DNA of 57,430 nucleotides, filler included, from Sphacelaria rigidula (lineage: Eukaryota): assembly GCA_964200075.2 (NCBI GenBank). It is 6 parts of 6 records of this genome, joined end to end, with 100 filler letters (N's around TTAATTAATTAA, not from the genome) between each part and the next. Parts side by side here need not be neighbours in the genome. Positions count along the whole stretch, not along the records: positions 9,590 to 19,078 come from CAXNAA020008370.1; positions 19,179 to 28,666 come from CAXNAA020008371.1; 4 more parts are not named here. One strand, written 5' to 3'. Below are positions 11,132 to 22,700 of this stretch, piece by piece (the stretch's first letter is position 1; every line of letters begins with the position of its first letter). Position numbers and translations under genes: made by a program. The notes beneath the pieces were generated by a model. That model worked only from the letters and a program-made list of their open reading frames with translations, had not been told where the DNA came from and did no database searches.

Positions 11132-13702
11132 CACACGTGGACAGATAGCACCCTGTGGGGCACACTGTGCAGGGTGCGTACAGGGTCCTCCACAGTCTTT
11201 GTGAAAAAACCCTGAGAGTGAAATGCAAAATCTGTACCCACCGCAGCGTTTTGATAGGGTTTTCCCCAGGGTTGGATTTGCAGCCCTGTGTAGGCACGTC
11301 GGCAGAGCCTTGCACAGTCATGTGGTAGTGTTTTGGTGAAAAAAACTCAATTTTGTTTTTCGAAAATTCCAAAGATTTTGGTACAAAACCTGTAAATTTA
11401 CATATCTTCAATACCTTGTCCTCCTGTCCGAGGTAAATTCCTCTTCACCCGATTTGAGTCGAGCAAAAAGGAATTTATTTTAGACAGCAGGTCAAGCTAG
11501 ATCCAAAACAGATCCTTTTCTCGCCCGATTAATTTCGGCAAAGAAGAGGATTTATTTAGAACAGCAGAAGAAGCTGTTCAAGATCGATCCTTTTTTCGCC
11601 CATTTTTGAGATGAGCGAAAAAGGATCTATTTCGAACAGCTCCTTTTGCTGCGCAAATCCTATGCACACCGGTAGATTCGGAATTTGACCGGCAGAAGAA
11701 GCTCGAAATAAATATTTACTTTTCCCTCGAATTCATCCAGATATTGGGGGAAAAGAAATTCATGGCGAGCAGCATCAGCTGCTGGGCAAATCCCGCATAC
11801 TGCATCGTCACCGGCGCATGGGATCCGACAGGCAGAAAAAGTTGCTGAAAGGTATTCATCCTTTTACCCCCGAGTCCATGTGTACATGGGCTGAAGGATA
11901 AATAGCTCTCAACCGCTTTCGCTGAACAGAGATCTCACACGTTGGATACGTGTGTATGTCCACACCTGTACTTCGTGTGAAGCCCCTGGGAAGGTGGGAA
12001 GATGCCAGATGATCGGGTATACCTCGTCAATCTCTGTACATTTTCCCCAAAACCCCGTCTTTCGTTGTCGACTAACACGAACCATGTTTTGAAAATATCA
12101 CTTAATCAATCGTACATAATAGTATACATGTGGACCATCACTCCGTGTATTTATATATGATGTATTTCTCGTTGGTGGAAATTTGAGCACCTACTTCTTT
12201 CATGGTCGCGACATCGCGCGGCGACGACATACGCGGGGTGCGTATTTACAGGCACGGGTGCGAAGAACAACAATCAACCGCCGGCCGCCTATGGTATGCA
12301 TATACACACTCACCATCATATGCATGCTGCGGATCGCGGACGCACCGCGATATAACATATACTGTAGTGCAGCATACAGGCCGCGCGTACAATATGCTGC
12401 ACGTTGCATGTTCAAGTCCTTTTCACGTCGCACTGTAGGTAGAGAACATACATATACACATTATCTTGCGCTGTCTGTACTGTATACTTTTCCCCTTCCC
12501 TTCACGCCCTACGTACTGTGCTGCAGCAGCTGTGCGCGCAAATATATGACGTGGAACGGGCGTGAAAAACTCGAGTTCGTGACGGTATGTAACACTCGCC
12601 CCATATATCAAAATAAGCTGCAGGCATCTATACACTGTATTTATAGCCAGCCATCTGCAGTAGTACATGGCGCCGCACGTATAAGCATGGCGGTATAGCG
12701 CACTGTCCCGCATGCAATGGTATTGTACAGTCCAGTATAGTTCATTGTTGTGAATATATATCCCGATTACGCAGTATGCGATAAGATCGATGTTTCATTA
12801 TTCCCTGTATATTGTGTTAGTTTCGTCGACGCGGGACTACGGGGTTTTCACCAGGTGTATGCATCTATGAGCGAGGTCAATTACTATCTGTTATCATGAC
12901 ATCAACTGCAACAAAAGCTTGCGTGCAGTAAGTAGGACTTGAACAGCTGAAGCTGCTCGCGAGCAAGTTCTTTCTCCACCTAATTTCAGGTGTTCTTGGT
13001 GGTGTAAAAATTCCATCTGCTATATACAGTGTATATGGGATTGTCTGTACAGCTGAAGCTCTTCGAAATAAATCCTTTCTCAACTATATTCCAAGTTTGG
13101 AATTAGGATATATTTCGAATGAATTCTTCTTGCCCTATTCCAAGTTTGGAATTAAGATTTATTTCGAACAGCAGCGGCTGTCCAAATTTCAGATTTCCAT
13201 TACACTTATGCTCTAAAACCAATTCGGGGGATTTCAGTGTTATTGACACGGACCTTCGAGGGCCGCTCCAAAATTCAGAAGTACAAAAACCTCGACCAAT
13301 CCTTAACGACTACCACGCGTAGCTCCGCGTGTAAGACAGAGATTATACAACGACAACAGTCCGGGATTGATTCCCCGTCCAACCTCATCAGTTCTTTTTT
13401 CCGCTAGTACCTTGCGCCCGCAGCTGCATGTGAAGAGTAGTGTTTTTGCGTAAACACACTACACAGCATTCCCANNNNNNNNNNGGGGCGACGGAACCCT
13501 GTGATGCACACTATTCATGACCACTGTAGAGAAACCCTGTGGAGAGGAACCCTGTGGTGCACACTATTCATGACCAGAAACCCTGTGGAGCGTCCTGTGC
13601 TACGCTAGAAAACACTGTACAGTAAAATTCCCGCCAGAAACACTGCGCAGGGTACGTAAACCCTGTAGACCCCCTCCACAGGGTGCTATCTGTCCACGTG
13701 TG
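11132..13702. mobile_element. 2.6-kb non-autonomous TIR DNA transposon (CAC...GTG termini, TA flanks; CMC/EnSpm-like or Tc1/mariner-like)
   Basis: Perfect 27-bp TIR CACACGTGGACAGATAGCACCCTGTGG (11132-11158) with its reverse complement at 13676-13702. TA flanks both sides. Subterminal ACCCTGTG repeats are present and no transposase ORF is seen. There is a small internal N gap near 13475-13484. Confidence 0.88.
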
Positions 13703-13940
13703 TAGCGTTCTTGACACATAAGGTGTGGCCTAAAGAATCCATCAGTGAAAAAGAATGAAGGAAATTATCAGGCAATCAAGAATAAATAATGAGTGATGAA
13801 AACAACAGAAAATAAAAGGACTGCAAAATAATAAATACAGTGTACAGAGGAAGGGCAGACTGAGGGGGGAAACAAATGAAGATGAAAGACAAAAGTATAT
13901 CCAATGAAGGATGAGAAATCGAGGGTTAAGGATGAAGGAT

Positions 13941-14365
13941 ACCAACGGATTTTCAAAAGTGGGGTTGAACAAAAATGTAGGTTCAACACAAAAGCAGCGC
14001 TTTCCCTGACATAAAGGTATGGTAAATGCCTTATATATGGACGACCTCACCCCTCCCGACCTCCCGAAACATCTTTCGGGGGAGTTCTAGCCTCCCGTTG
14101 CCCAAAAGAGTACGTGCGAAAGCACACTTTTGCCTCGATTCCGGGGTGAAAAATAAGAACGCTTTTGGCCCCTAAATCGTGCTTTCGCACATACCCTTCG
14201 GGGGAACGGAAGGCTGGAACCCCCCCCAAAATAGTTTCAGGGACGTCGGGAGGGATGGGGTCGTCCGTATGAAAGTCATTCATCATGACTTGGGCTCAGG
14301 GACAGCGCTGCTTTTGAGTTTCACCTCATTGTTTTGCTATACCCCATGTTTGAGAATCCGCTGTT
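13941..14365. mobile_element. Foldback MITE (~185-bp imperfect inverted arms)
   Basis: CGGATTTTCAAA...CAAAAGCAGCGC...CCCTCCCGAC...GTGCGAAAGCAC is mirrored by GTGCTTTCGCAC...GTCGGGAGGG...GCGCTGCTTTTG...TTTGAGAATCCG. Confidence 0.85.
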
Positions 14366-14877
14366 GAATGGAGAAGAGACCATATGAAGACAAGGCCTAG
14401 CGATGAAGAAGAGAGAATGAAGAACGGAAAATATAAAATTAAGAGTAGAAAATGAAGAAAAGAGGAAGAAGGACTACAAAGAAAGAGAAACGGAATGAAT
14501 AATGAAAAGCCAAGAGTAGCAAGAAGAGAAAAAAGGACGAAGAATAAAGAATGCAGAATGCAGAGCGCAGAGTGCAGAGTGCAGAATGAATAGTATTCAA
14601 TCAGAAAAGGAAAGATGAAGAACGATGATGAAGTTGTGAAAAGGAGCAACATGGGAGAAGAAATAAAGAATGGAAATGAAGAGCATGTGGAAAATGCCGG
14701 CGACGATTAAATATGAAAAGGAGATGATGAAGAACGTACGACAGCGTACGTATTGTGAATATTGAGGACGAATGATCAAGAACGAACACAAACAATATGG
14801 AATGAAAAACAAAGAATAGAGTAGAAATGAAATTCATCAAGAATGAAAGGAAGGTCAACGGTGAATAATGAAGAACG

Positions 14878-15140
14878 CAAGGGTCGGACAAGTTAATGAT
14901 GCGTCTGAAGTTTACTTGATTTTAGTGCAATGGATTCGTGTCGTTCGAACCAATCCTTGGGCGTTGTTGTCAGCGTTGGAACCCAGGTACGTGAAATGGC
15001 TCGAACATTGCAAGGAAACGTTTTCGAACAGCCAGCAACTGTTTTCTCTCATTCGAGCAACCAGGCCTGACTGACCAACGGTGGGTGTGGTGATTCGAAC
15101 CGACGGTGATTCGAACCGACGATGATCCGTCCGAACCTTG
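14878..15140. mobile_element. Short MITE with CAAGG termini (hAT-like)
   Basis: TIR CAAGGGTCGGAC / GTCCGAACCTTG with subterminal GGTGATTCGAACCGAC x2. It interrupts the GAA satellite. No TSD is evident. Confidence 0.6.
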
Positions 15141-16140
15141 AAACATTGGAGAATGAAAAACAAAGAACGGTGAATGGAGAATGAGGAATACAAGATGTAG
15201 AATAAATTGTGAGGAAAAAGAAGTAGCAGATATAGAAGAGATCACGAGGGATCAGTAACAATCAGTGAAGAAATGAGGGCGATCCTCTAAAGATCTAGAA
15301 CCCTCTACGGCGACCCTCTACAGACCCTGTACAAGGTCCAGAGCCCCCTGTGGCGACCCTCCACACACACCCTACGACGTGCAGCTTTGCGGCGAGAGCA
15401 AAATATCCACCTCTTATGTTGTTTTCGAGGGTAAATGCGTGGTGATGAGCTACGCTCAGAAAGTTGTAGAAAATGATATTCCGTCAAACGAATAAGTTCC
15501 GAATGAGGATCTATGAGATTGAGATGGATGCTTTGAATATTTTACATTGCTCGCTTCTCTCGATACTGATCACCATACCGTCATATGCGCTATGGGCAAT
15601 TGCTGCTTATGTTCCACGTAACCCGTCTTCCCGTCGTGTGCGATAGTAGAATAGTGGAGAAACGTGATTCAGGTAGGGTACTGTATGGGTACGTCGGCTC
15701 AGCCGTCGTGATGCTCTCAGGAATAACACGCAGCTTCTGGTTTCAGTCGATTATCTAGTTTCTGCCTTGATGTATTTGGAGCTGCAAGTAACGCCCAGGA
15801 GCGGTACACCTCTGGGGTGGGGTACCCGTATTGTCTACCTTTGGCTCTTCAACGACCGGATCCTACTTTCTCACATATATACAAAGCAGAGCATCAGCTC
15901 GCTGCACGCCAGCCTGAGCTCATAATGTTGTAGTCATCATACACCTCAAGCCATCAGTTCTACGATGCGACATGGCCCCTAGTACCCACCATCATTTTTT
16001 GTCAGCGAGTAGCTTGTTAGCTGCAGATGGGATACCGACAGTAAGGCACGTTAACGCGAGGGCGCCGACTCGAGCAAAACTGAGGCGCGCGCACTCTGGC
16101 GGTCGTCCGGGACTCTCGGCCGTTGGAAGATCCAAATATC

Positions 16141-16581
16141 ACAGCCGATCATCGAAATTGAGGATGAAGCTTTTCAATGAGGTTGAGAACCCGGAGGATT
16201 AAAATCTTCGTTTCCACACCAAACCGTCGAAAAATAGTGCAATCCCTTCACTTACGGGTAGTTATTGACAACTGCTACACGCCCTACAAATTTGGATTTC
16301 GAAACCGAAAAGATGGCGTTCTAGACGAAAAACCAACTCTAGGGAATTCAAGTGATCCAATGGAATTGCCGGAATTCCTCGAAATTGGTTTTTCACCTGG
16401 GACCCCAACGTTTCAGTTATTGGAATCCAAATTTGTATGGCGTGTAGTACCTGTAAGCAGCTACTAGTAGATGAAGGGACGGGACCATATTTCGAAGATT
16501 GGGTGCGGATACGATTACTTGAATCTTCCGGGTTCTCATCCTCGATGTCAAGCGCCACCTTCAATTTCGATGATCGACTGT
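16141..16581. mobile_element. Foldback element (~440 bp, near-complete imperfect palindrome)
   Basis: ACAGCCGATCATCGAAATTGA...GAGAACCCGGA...TACAAATTTGGATT is mirrored by AATCCAAATTTGTA...TCCGGGTTCTC...TCAATTTCGATGATCGACTGT. One arm recurs at 47943-48033. Confidence 0.88.
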
Positions 16582-16601
16582 TTTGTGCTCGTCTACACGT
16601 A

Positions 16602-17455
16602 CGAGCTGGGCCAGCCTAAAAACGGATTTATGCTCTAAAAGCAATATATCATGGACACAGATGAGTTGGGCCGTGATCCGCATATCGAATTAATCGTCTA
16701 ATCAAGGGCAAGGTGCCCATCTGCTCAGAAGTTTGGACCCATATTTTCTCGTTGACTAAACCCCATGTCTAGTTTTTCCTATACCTAGGGGAGATAGCGC
16801 CAATACAAAAATCTCTATGAAACTCCAGATCGATGCATTTAGTGGATGGCGACGAATTTTGGTGTGGAGAACCACAAAAGAGGGCCGAATAAAATAAAAC
16901 AAATGGGCCTTCCACCTTTTTTTTTCATAGAGGTTTTAGGGCGTTCTCGCAAAATATGGTCTTTACCATAGTAGAGCGCCCTAAACCATTGGAAAAAATT
17001 GAAAAAAAATCAACCTGACCCACTTTGTGTTGTTAATTATGCCTTAGAAAGCGACCACACAAAATTTCAATACACGAAAACCAAACATCAGCCGGTGAGT
17101 GGCCTGCGAAATACTGTTCCGAATTTCTACCGACCCGGTTCTTGATAGGCCCATTCTATTTTATACATTTAGAGTTGAACCCAGAAATTTGGTATGGACA
17201 ATGCATAGGGCATAATAAAAAAAATACTGAGGTATCAAAATGTTTTTCATTTTTTTCATGAGTTAAGGGCAATAACCGGTTTTTCAGGTATCAGTAAAAT
17301 GCCCCTAACTCATGAAAAAAAAAAAATGGTACTTCAGTATTATTTTTTATTATGCCCTATCCATTGCCCATACCAAATTTCAGGGTCCAACTCTAAATGT
17401 ATGAAAGAGATTGGGCCTGCAAACTTCAAATCCGCCTCTAGGCTGGCCCAGCTCG
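16602..17455. mobile_element. Tc1/mariner-type MITE (CGAGCTGGGCCAGC TIR family)
   Basis: TA|CGAGCTGGGCCAGCCTA ... TAGGCTGGCCCAGCTCG|TA. It is homologous in reverse orientation to 28815-29836. Confidence 0.9.
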
Positions 17456-17797
17456 TACACCAAGGGTTTTTGAACCGTCGAACTTGTCGACCAGACCGAG
17501 GAAACTATGATGTGCGGTTGCCTGCATTCATCCTCCACTTACGGTCCGAGGTCTCTTGCTGTGGTGTCAGGTACGCGTACGCGTACATGTATTCGATGAA
17601 AACACACGACGCCGTTTTTGCTATCTACCAGCAATTTTCCATGCTCCACATGGCGTGACCTCGTACACATGCACTGATATTAGCTTACACCACCCTGCGC
17701 CACCTCTTGCCCTCCGGCTCCGCTGTGTACTCGTGTATACACCGCCGCTGCTGTCCCGAACTGACACCACGCTTGATGGTGCGATGGGATCTTTCAG

Positions 17798-18130
17798 CTG
17801 CGCTTGCCTGTGTTGGCGTTCTACGGTGCTTTTTTCTTTGCCCCGTATCGGCAAAGCATGAAGATGGTCGTTGGACGGTGAGTTGCATCATGTTCTTGGA
17901 GTATGTGCACTGCCTGTATACGGTCAATATACAACGGTACGGCTGTAGACAGCAGCAGTTTCCCGTTGTGTCCTTGCCTGTCCTTGCGTCGGGAGTGGTC
18001 GGTGTTGCAAACCATGACCTCAGCTTGAGCCCACGCCGCGCAGTCGACCCGACTTACGCAGAGGTAGTGCTCAGAGCTCGATCACCATTGTGGAGGACAC
18101 GCACTAGCACATGCATACGACAGGCTGTCC
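17798..18130 (+). pseudogene. DGAT2/MOGAT-family acyltransferase 3' exon fragments
   Basis: Exon 17798-17877 (CAG|...|GTGAGT) encodes LRLPVLAFYGAFFFAPYRQSMKMVVGR, matching the DGAT2 'FxGxxxxxPxRxxxxxVVGxPI' block. A degenerate downstream exon reads VDPTYAEV...ALAHAYDR with a frame break. Confidence 0.65.
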
Positions 18131-18961
18131 ACAACTGCACTATGACGCCGTAGTACTTTAGTTGTGTGTGTGTTGCCGCCCTATCTTTTCTGGACGCCAA
18201 TCAACACCTTTCAGTGTACGTAAACACATCAGCCGGGGTCACATAGGAGAAGAGTCAATAGATATGTGTCGTTTTTCCTTCTCAGTACCCCACCTTCATT
18301 CTGCTGGCCTTGTCATCCTTTCTGTCACGAAAAGCCTCTGGTGATTCCTTTCCATCGTCAGCCGTGAAGTCGAACGTTGCGTACTCATGACATGAAACGA
18401 TGATTCCGTGACATTGAGAGCATGACATTCGATTGAGAGTCAAATGTCTTGTATCCTTTCTGGAATCGGCACTATTTCACATGAAACGCTACCGGGTGAC
18501 CCCAATCTGTAATCTTTTCAACCACAGCTTTGAGGTCCCGACGAAGTTGTCGTTGGACAATTGTTTCGAAAGCAAATGAAGGCCAACATACGGTTCTCTG
18601 GAAACGCGACGGGTCGATACCCTACACTCGCGTTCGACGTATTAATCGGACAAACCGTTTTGGAATGTATCGCATTCTATCCGACGAGTAATCATAACCT
18701 ATTTAACGTACATGGCGCATTGAAAGAGAAAAGAGTTTCGATGACTGATGTGCTCGTCCCTGCTTCTATTCATGGTTCGACTAACGGGTCGTTCTTGTTG
18801 TTAGTCATAAGCGTTTCGTGCATCAATGGAAAACGCCAAAACAGCCGTCTTCCTGTTGAAATCTGTCACACAATCGTCAGCTTCACTCTCAATGTCAAGA
18901 AGACCTTTTGGAATCGCTATCCCCTGTAGATCGTGATGTGTGGTATCAATCTCCGATCGTC

Positions 18962-19015
18962 GGACTTCACCGAGATTCGAACCCACGCCCCAACTGTCGG
19001 AAGGTTCGGAGGTTA
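18962..19015 (-). mobile_element. tRNA-derived SINE head fragment
   Basis: Reverse complement of GTGGGTTCGAATCTCGG (B box), matching the SINE copies at 34354-36715. Confidence 0.6.
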
Positions 19016-19078
19016 GAGGGAAATGTACCAATTAAGATACGCTTAAGGCACCTGGCGGGGAAAACTCTATATCTTGGG

Positions 19079-19178
19079 NNNNNNNNNNNNNNNNNNNNNN
19101 NNNNNNNNNNNNNNNNNNNNNNTTAATTAATTAANNNNNNNNNNNNNNNNNNNNNNNNNNNNNNNNNNNNNNNNNNNN
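19079..19178. other. Artificial contig spacer
   Basis: Same N44-TTAATTAATTAA-N44 construct. Confidence 0.98.
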
Positions 19179-19247
19179 CGCTGTATGGCCATTTTTTTCG
19201 TGACACTTTTAGCTGGTTGTGGGGGGGGGCTATCGTAGAAAGTGTCA
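19179..19247. repeat. Interspersed repeat end shared (reverse complement) with 47764-47830
   Basis: CGCTGTATGGCCATTTTTTTCGTGACACTTTTAGCTGG matches CCAGCTAAAAGTGTCACGAAAAAATGGCCATACAGCG. Confidence 0.85.
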
Positions 19248-19786
19248 GTGTGGTAGAGAAGGGTTGAAAAGTTTGTTCACTTGCCACGTTCGCTCCTAAT
19301 CGTTTGAAAATACAGGTGTTACAGCGCTTCCCTTCTCTACCAAACATGCGTGAATGTGCGGTAGACGCTCGATCATTCTAGTTCTATCAGGACTAACTTT
19401 TGTCAGTATACCCGCGGCGTTGAGGTATTATCAGCAGCAGAAGAAGGGGAAATTTCTCCCAACTACGCCTCGTATATGCAACCCAATACCCATAGAACAT
19501 GCGGCACCGAAGCCTCTCAGTGAATATTTGATTTTGCGCGCTTTACGACTTTTTTCATGATCACGACTTACCCAGGCGTCTTCACTTACCGGCCATGGAG
19601 CACTTCACAACGTACTGAACTCTAAAAAGCAAAGTACAGTAGGTGCACCATATCATGGCACTACGTGGTCCTTGATCTGCAATGAGCCGAATCCTATCAA
19701 CCCTCTATTGTGGCTGCCTCCACTGACGCAACCAACGATAGGTCGATGCGGAAAGCTGTGGTATCGAAGGCTTCAGCTCTGAGTTT

Positions 19787-22700
19787 ATGCGCAGTGTTAC
19801 AGAAACATGCCTAGAAAAGGCCGTCTCCCACAAAGTAAACCTGATGGCGGACGACAAAGACTTCGTCAACATCAACAACAATAGCAACAACAACGACGGC
19901 AACGGCGGTGACGACGACAAAAATAAAACAAACGACTTCGAAAAAAACAACAGTAGTAATAGCGCCGGCAACAGCAACAGCATTCACCACCACCACCACC
20001 ACAACAACAACAACAACAACAACAGCAACAACAACAACAACAACAACGACGACGACGACGACGACAACGACAACAGTAACGGTAGCAACAACGTACGCAG
20101 CGGTGCAAGGTCTCGGGGTCTATCCGTCGTGTTGATGCAGCAGCCAGATGGAGACGTAGGTGGAGACCGCAAGCATTCTCGAAGTTTTTCCCCGTCCTTT
20201 CGCGAGGCGAGCGCGTCAAACGATCAATCCACGCGTGCTAGGGTGGAAGAGATTCTGGACCGCAAAGGGCAACAGCGGCATCGTAACCGTGAGAACCAAT
20301 CCGCCGTGACGCGCGACGACAACGGTGTGGTAAGCAGAGGTCTTGGGGACAAGTGTTGCACCATGGATCAAGATGAAGTTGATGCTGATGAAAACCCTGC
20401 TACACCTCTTGTCGCCAACGAATACTTTGATCGCAATCCTGCTGATCATTGCGCAACGTCGGCTGGGCCATTAGGCACTGGGAAGGAAGAGTGTGAAGCA
20501 CGGATGGCGGACATCGAGCAGCTGAGTATTGGGTCCCCGTCGATGGGTGGATTTCGTTACGTCGATGGGGAGACGAGTGATCACCCATACACATCCTCAG
20601 CAGGGGATCGATGTGAAACAAGGGGTAGACCGAGGGCTGATGCGTCTCGCGAAGGCGGGGTTGGAGCCCCGGGGAGGAGGAGTTCGAGGGTGCGTATTCA
20701 GGAGCGTGTTGTGGTGTTGAACGTATGTGTCGGCAAACGCACGGAGAAAATCGCGCCCCGTGTGACATGTACATGTATGGAACGTAACAGATCGCCGTGG
20801 TCCGTAAATTCGTGCGGTACTGTGGAAGGTAGAGTAAAACGAAGTTACCACAAGCGCTGCGCCCTCGATGGAGAAATAACTTGTTGTGACACCCAAATAT
20901 ACAGGACCCATCATGTTTTCGTCGAGGAAACTCAGTGGATTTCGGACGTTCCTCCACTTCGAAGCGACAACGGCAGGATAAGTTGATACAACAGCTCGCT
21001 CGCGACAACGGCGTTCTCAAGCGGAAGGTTGCAGGCTTTCAGCTAGCGTTGCAGGTGATAGTAAGTCAAGCCGGCGTGCTGAAATTCGTCAATGTAATAC
21101 ACACCCCGGTCTTGTGGGATGCAGGGGGCGACGGAAAGTGGCTATCGATAACTGACGGCATCGAAGTACGGTGAGTTTGCCTCGTTCTTGATGTGGGCAC
21201 GAGATCTAACGTAGGACCTATTAACACAGCATCCACCTCTTCCCCTCCGTCCTGCGCCCCGTCCCCTTTCTCATCTCCCTCGCTGCGACCCCGACCACCA
21301 TCGTCCACATCGGCAACACAACCACATCCGCCAAACGCACTAACGATCGCGACTACCACAACGGTCTCAAACACGACAAAACAAATCGAAGCTCTCCGCA
21401 GATGAAGATAGCGGAGACTCGTGGTCGAGCCCTTCCTTCTCGGCTTTCTTCTCCGCCGCCCCGCCGCCCTTCCCCCGCAACGAGGGCACCCCGATTCCCT
21501 CACCCCGAGTCGCCCGCGGCTGGTCACACCAGAGTCCGCCCTCCCGACGCTCTTTGGGCAGAGTGATCGAGCGCGATTTGTCCTACACGTCGCTGATTCG
21601 ACAGTTGGATAGCGGCGCGAAGCGACTGCGGGCGATCACGCGCGACAATGAGATGCTGCGAAATCGCGTGGAGGAGGTGCAGAACGGCAGCGTTCTAAGG
21701 GCAGCAGAGGCGCGACTCATAGAACGAGAAGAGGTGCTCATTGCTTGCGATTCGGAATTCGTCAGAGAGACGACGTTGTGCTGGGGCGCATTCTTTCATT
21801 TCCGACAAAGGGGCGGATACCGTGTTGTCTATAGCAAGAAATCGATATTTTACTGCGCTTGTCTCATTTGTAGAACGCTACGAACCTGCTATTGCTAGCT
21901 CCCGTGTGGGCAGCTAGTTCCTCGTTCGGACCTTGAACCGTGTGATTGCAAACGGCTAATGTTGAACGGGTGCACTTAAATGATTGAATCACAACCTTTC
22001 ACACATATTCATTCGCTAATGTACCATTGAAATGTCCTAACCGTTTCATTTATGTACGTACAGGATATATCTGCCCTACGAGACGAGCTAGATGTGATGC
22101 AGAGAATGGCCCGGGCGCAGGATAGAAAATTCGAAGGGTCGGAGGGATACGTAATGGCACGGCGTCTATGGACCGCGGAAGAAGAGCTCCGATTGTCCAA
22201 ATCGACTGTTAGCGCCCTCGGTGCCGAGGTGAGTTGAGTATCACACCCTTTACAAATGACAAATGAGTACGCCCCCCCCCCTCCATGAAAAGCATATGTT
22301 TTCCTGAACGCCGCGCGCTGCAGGAGCTTAGAGCGAGAAAAGCAGGACGCATGGTGTACAAATCAAAGTGTAGGTAGCTCAGCATGGCGTATGAAAACTC
22401 CTGGCAGTCTTCTGTGATTCTCCACCTTCTGTTGTTGCACTCATCGTCATCTTCGTCACATGTCAAGTCCTGCCGATGGCGATAGCCCAAACGTCATCAC
22501 TTCACGCTGCACCTCCATCTGCTCACGATGGAGTCAACTGTAGAGCTTTACGGTCGCGGGAAAGTATACATCTATCACAACAGATTTCGAACTTACCCGC
22601 GCGCGCACCACTCCCATTATTGAAATGTCCAAGACTTTGTACGGTCGGATTTCCAGGTGGCTCAGCTCCGACGGCGGCGGAGAGCACGAACACGTGGAGG

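Noticed and set aside
10631..11241. Hydrophobic F/S/L/H-rich ORFs resembling membrane proteins (also 13742-14891)
   Set aside because: Antisense translation of the GAA-rich satellite.
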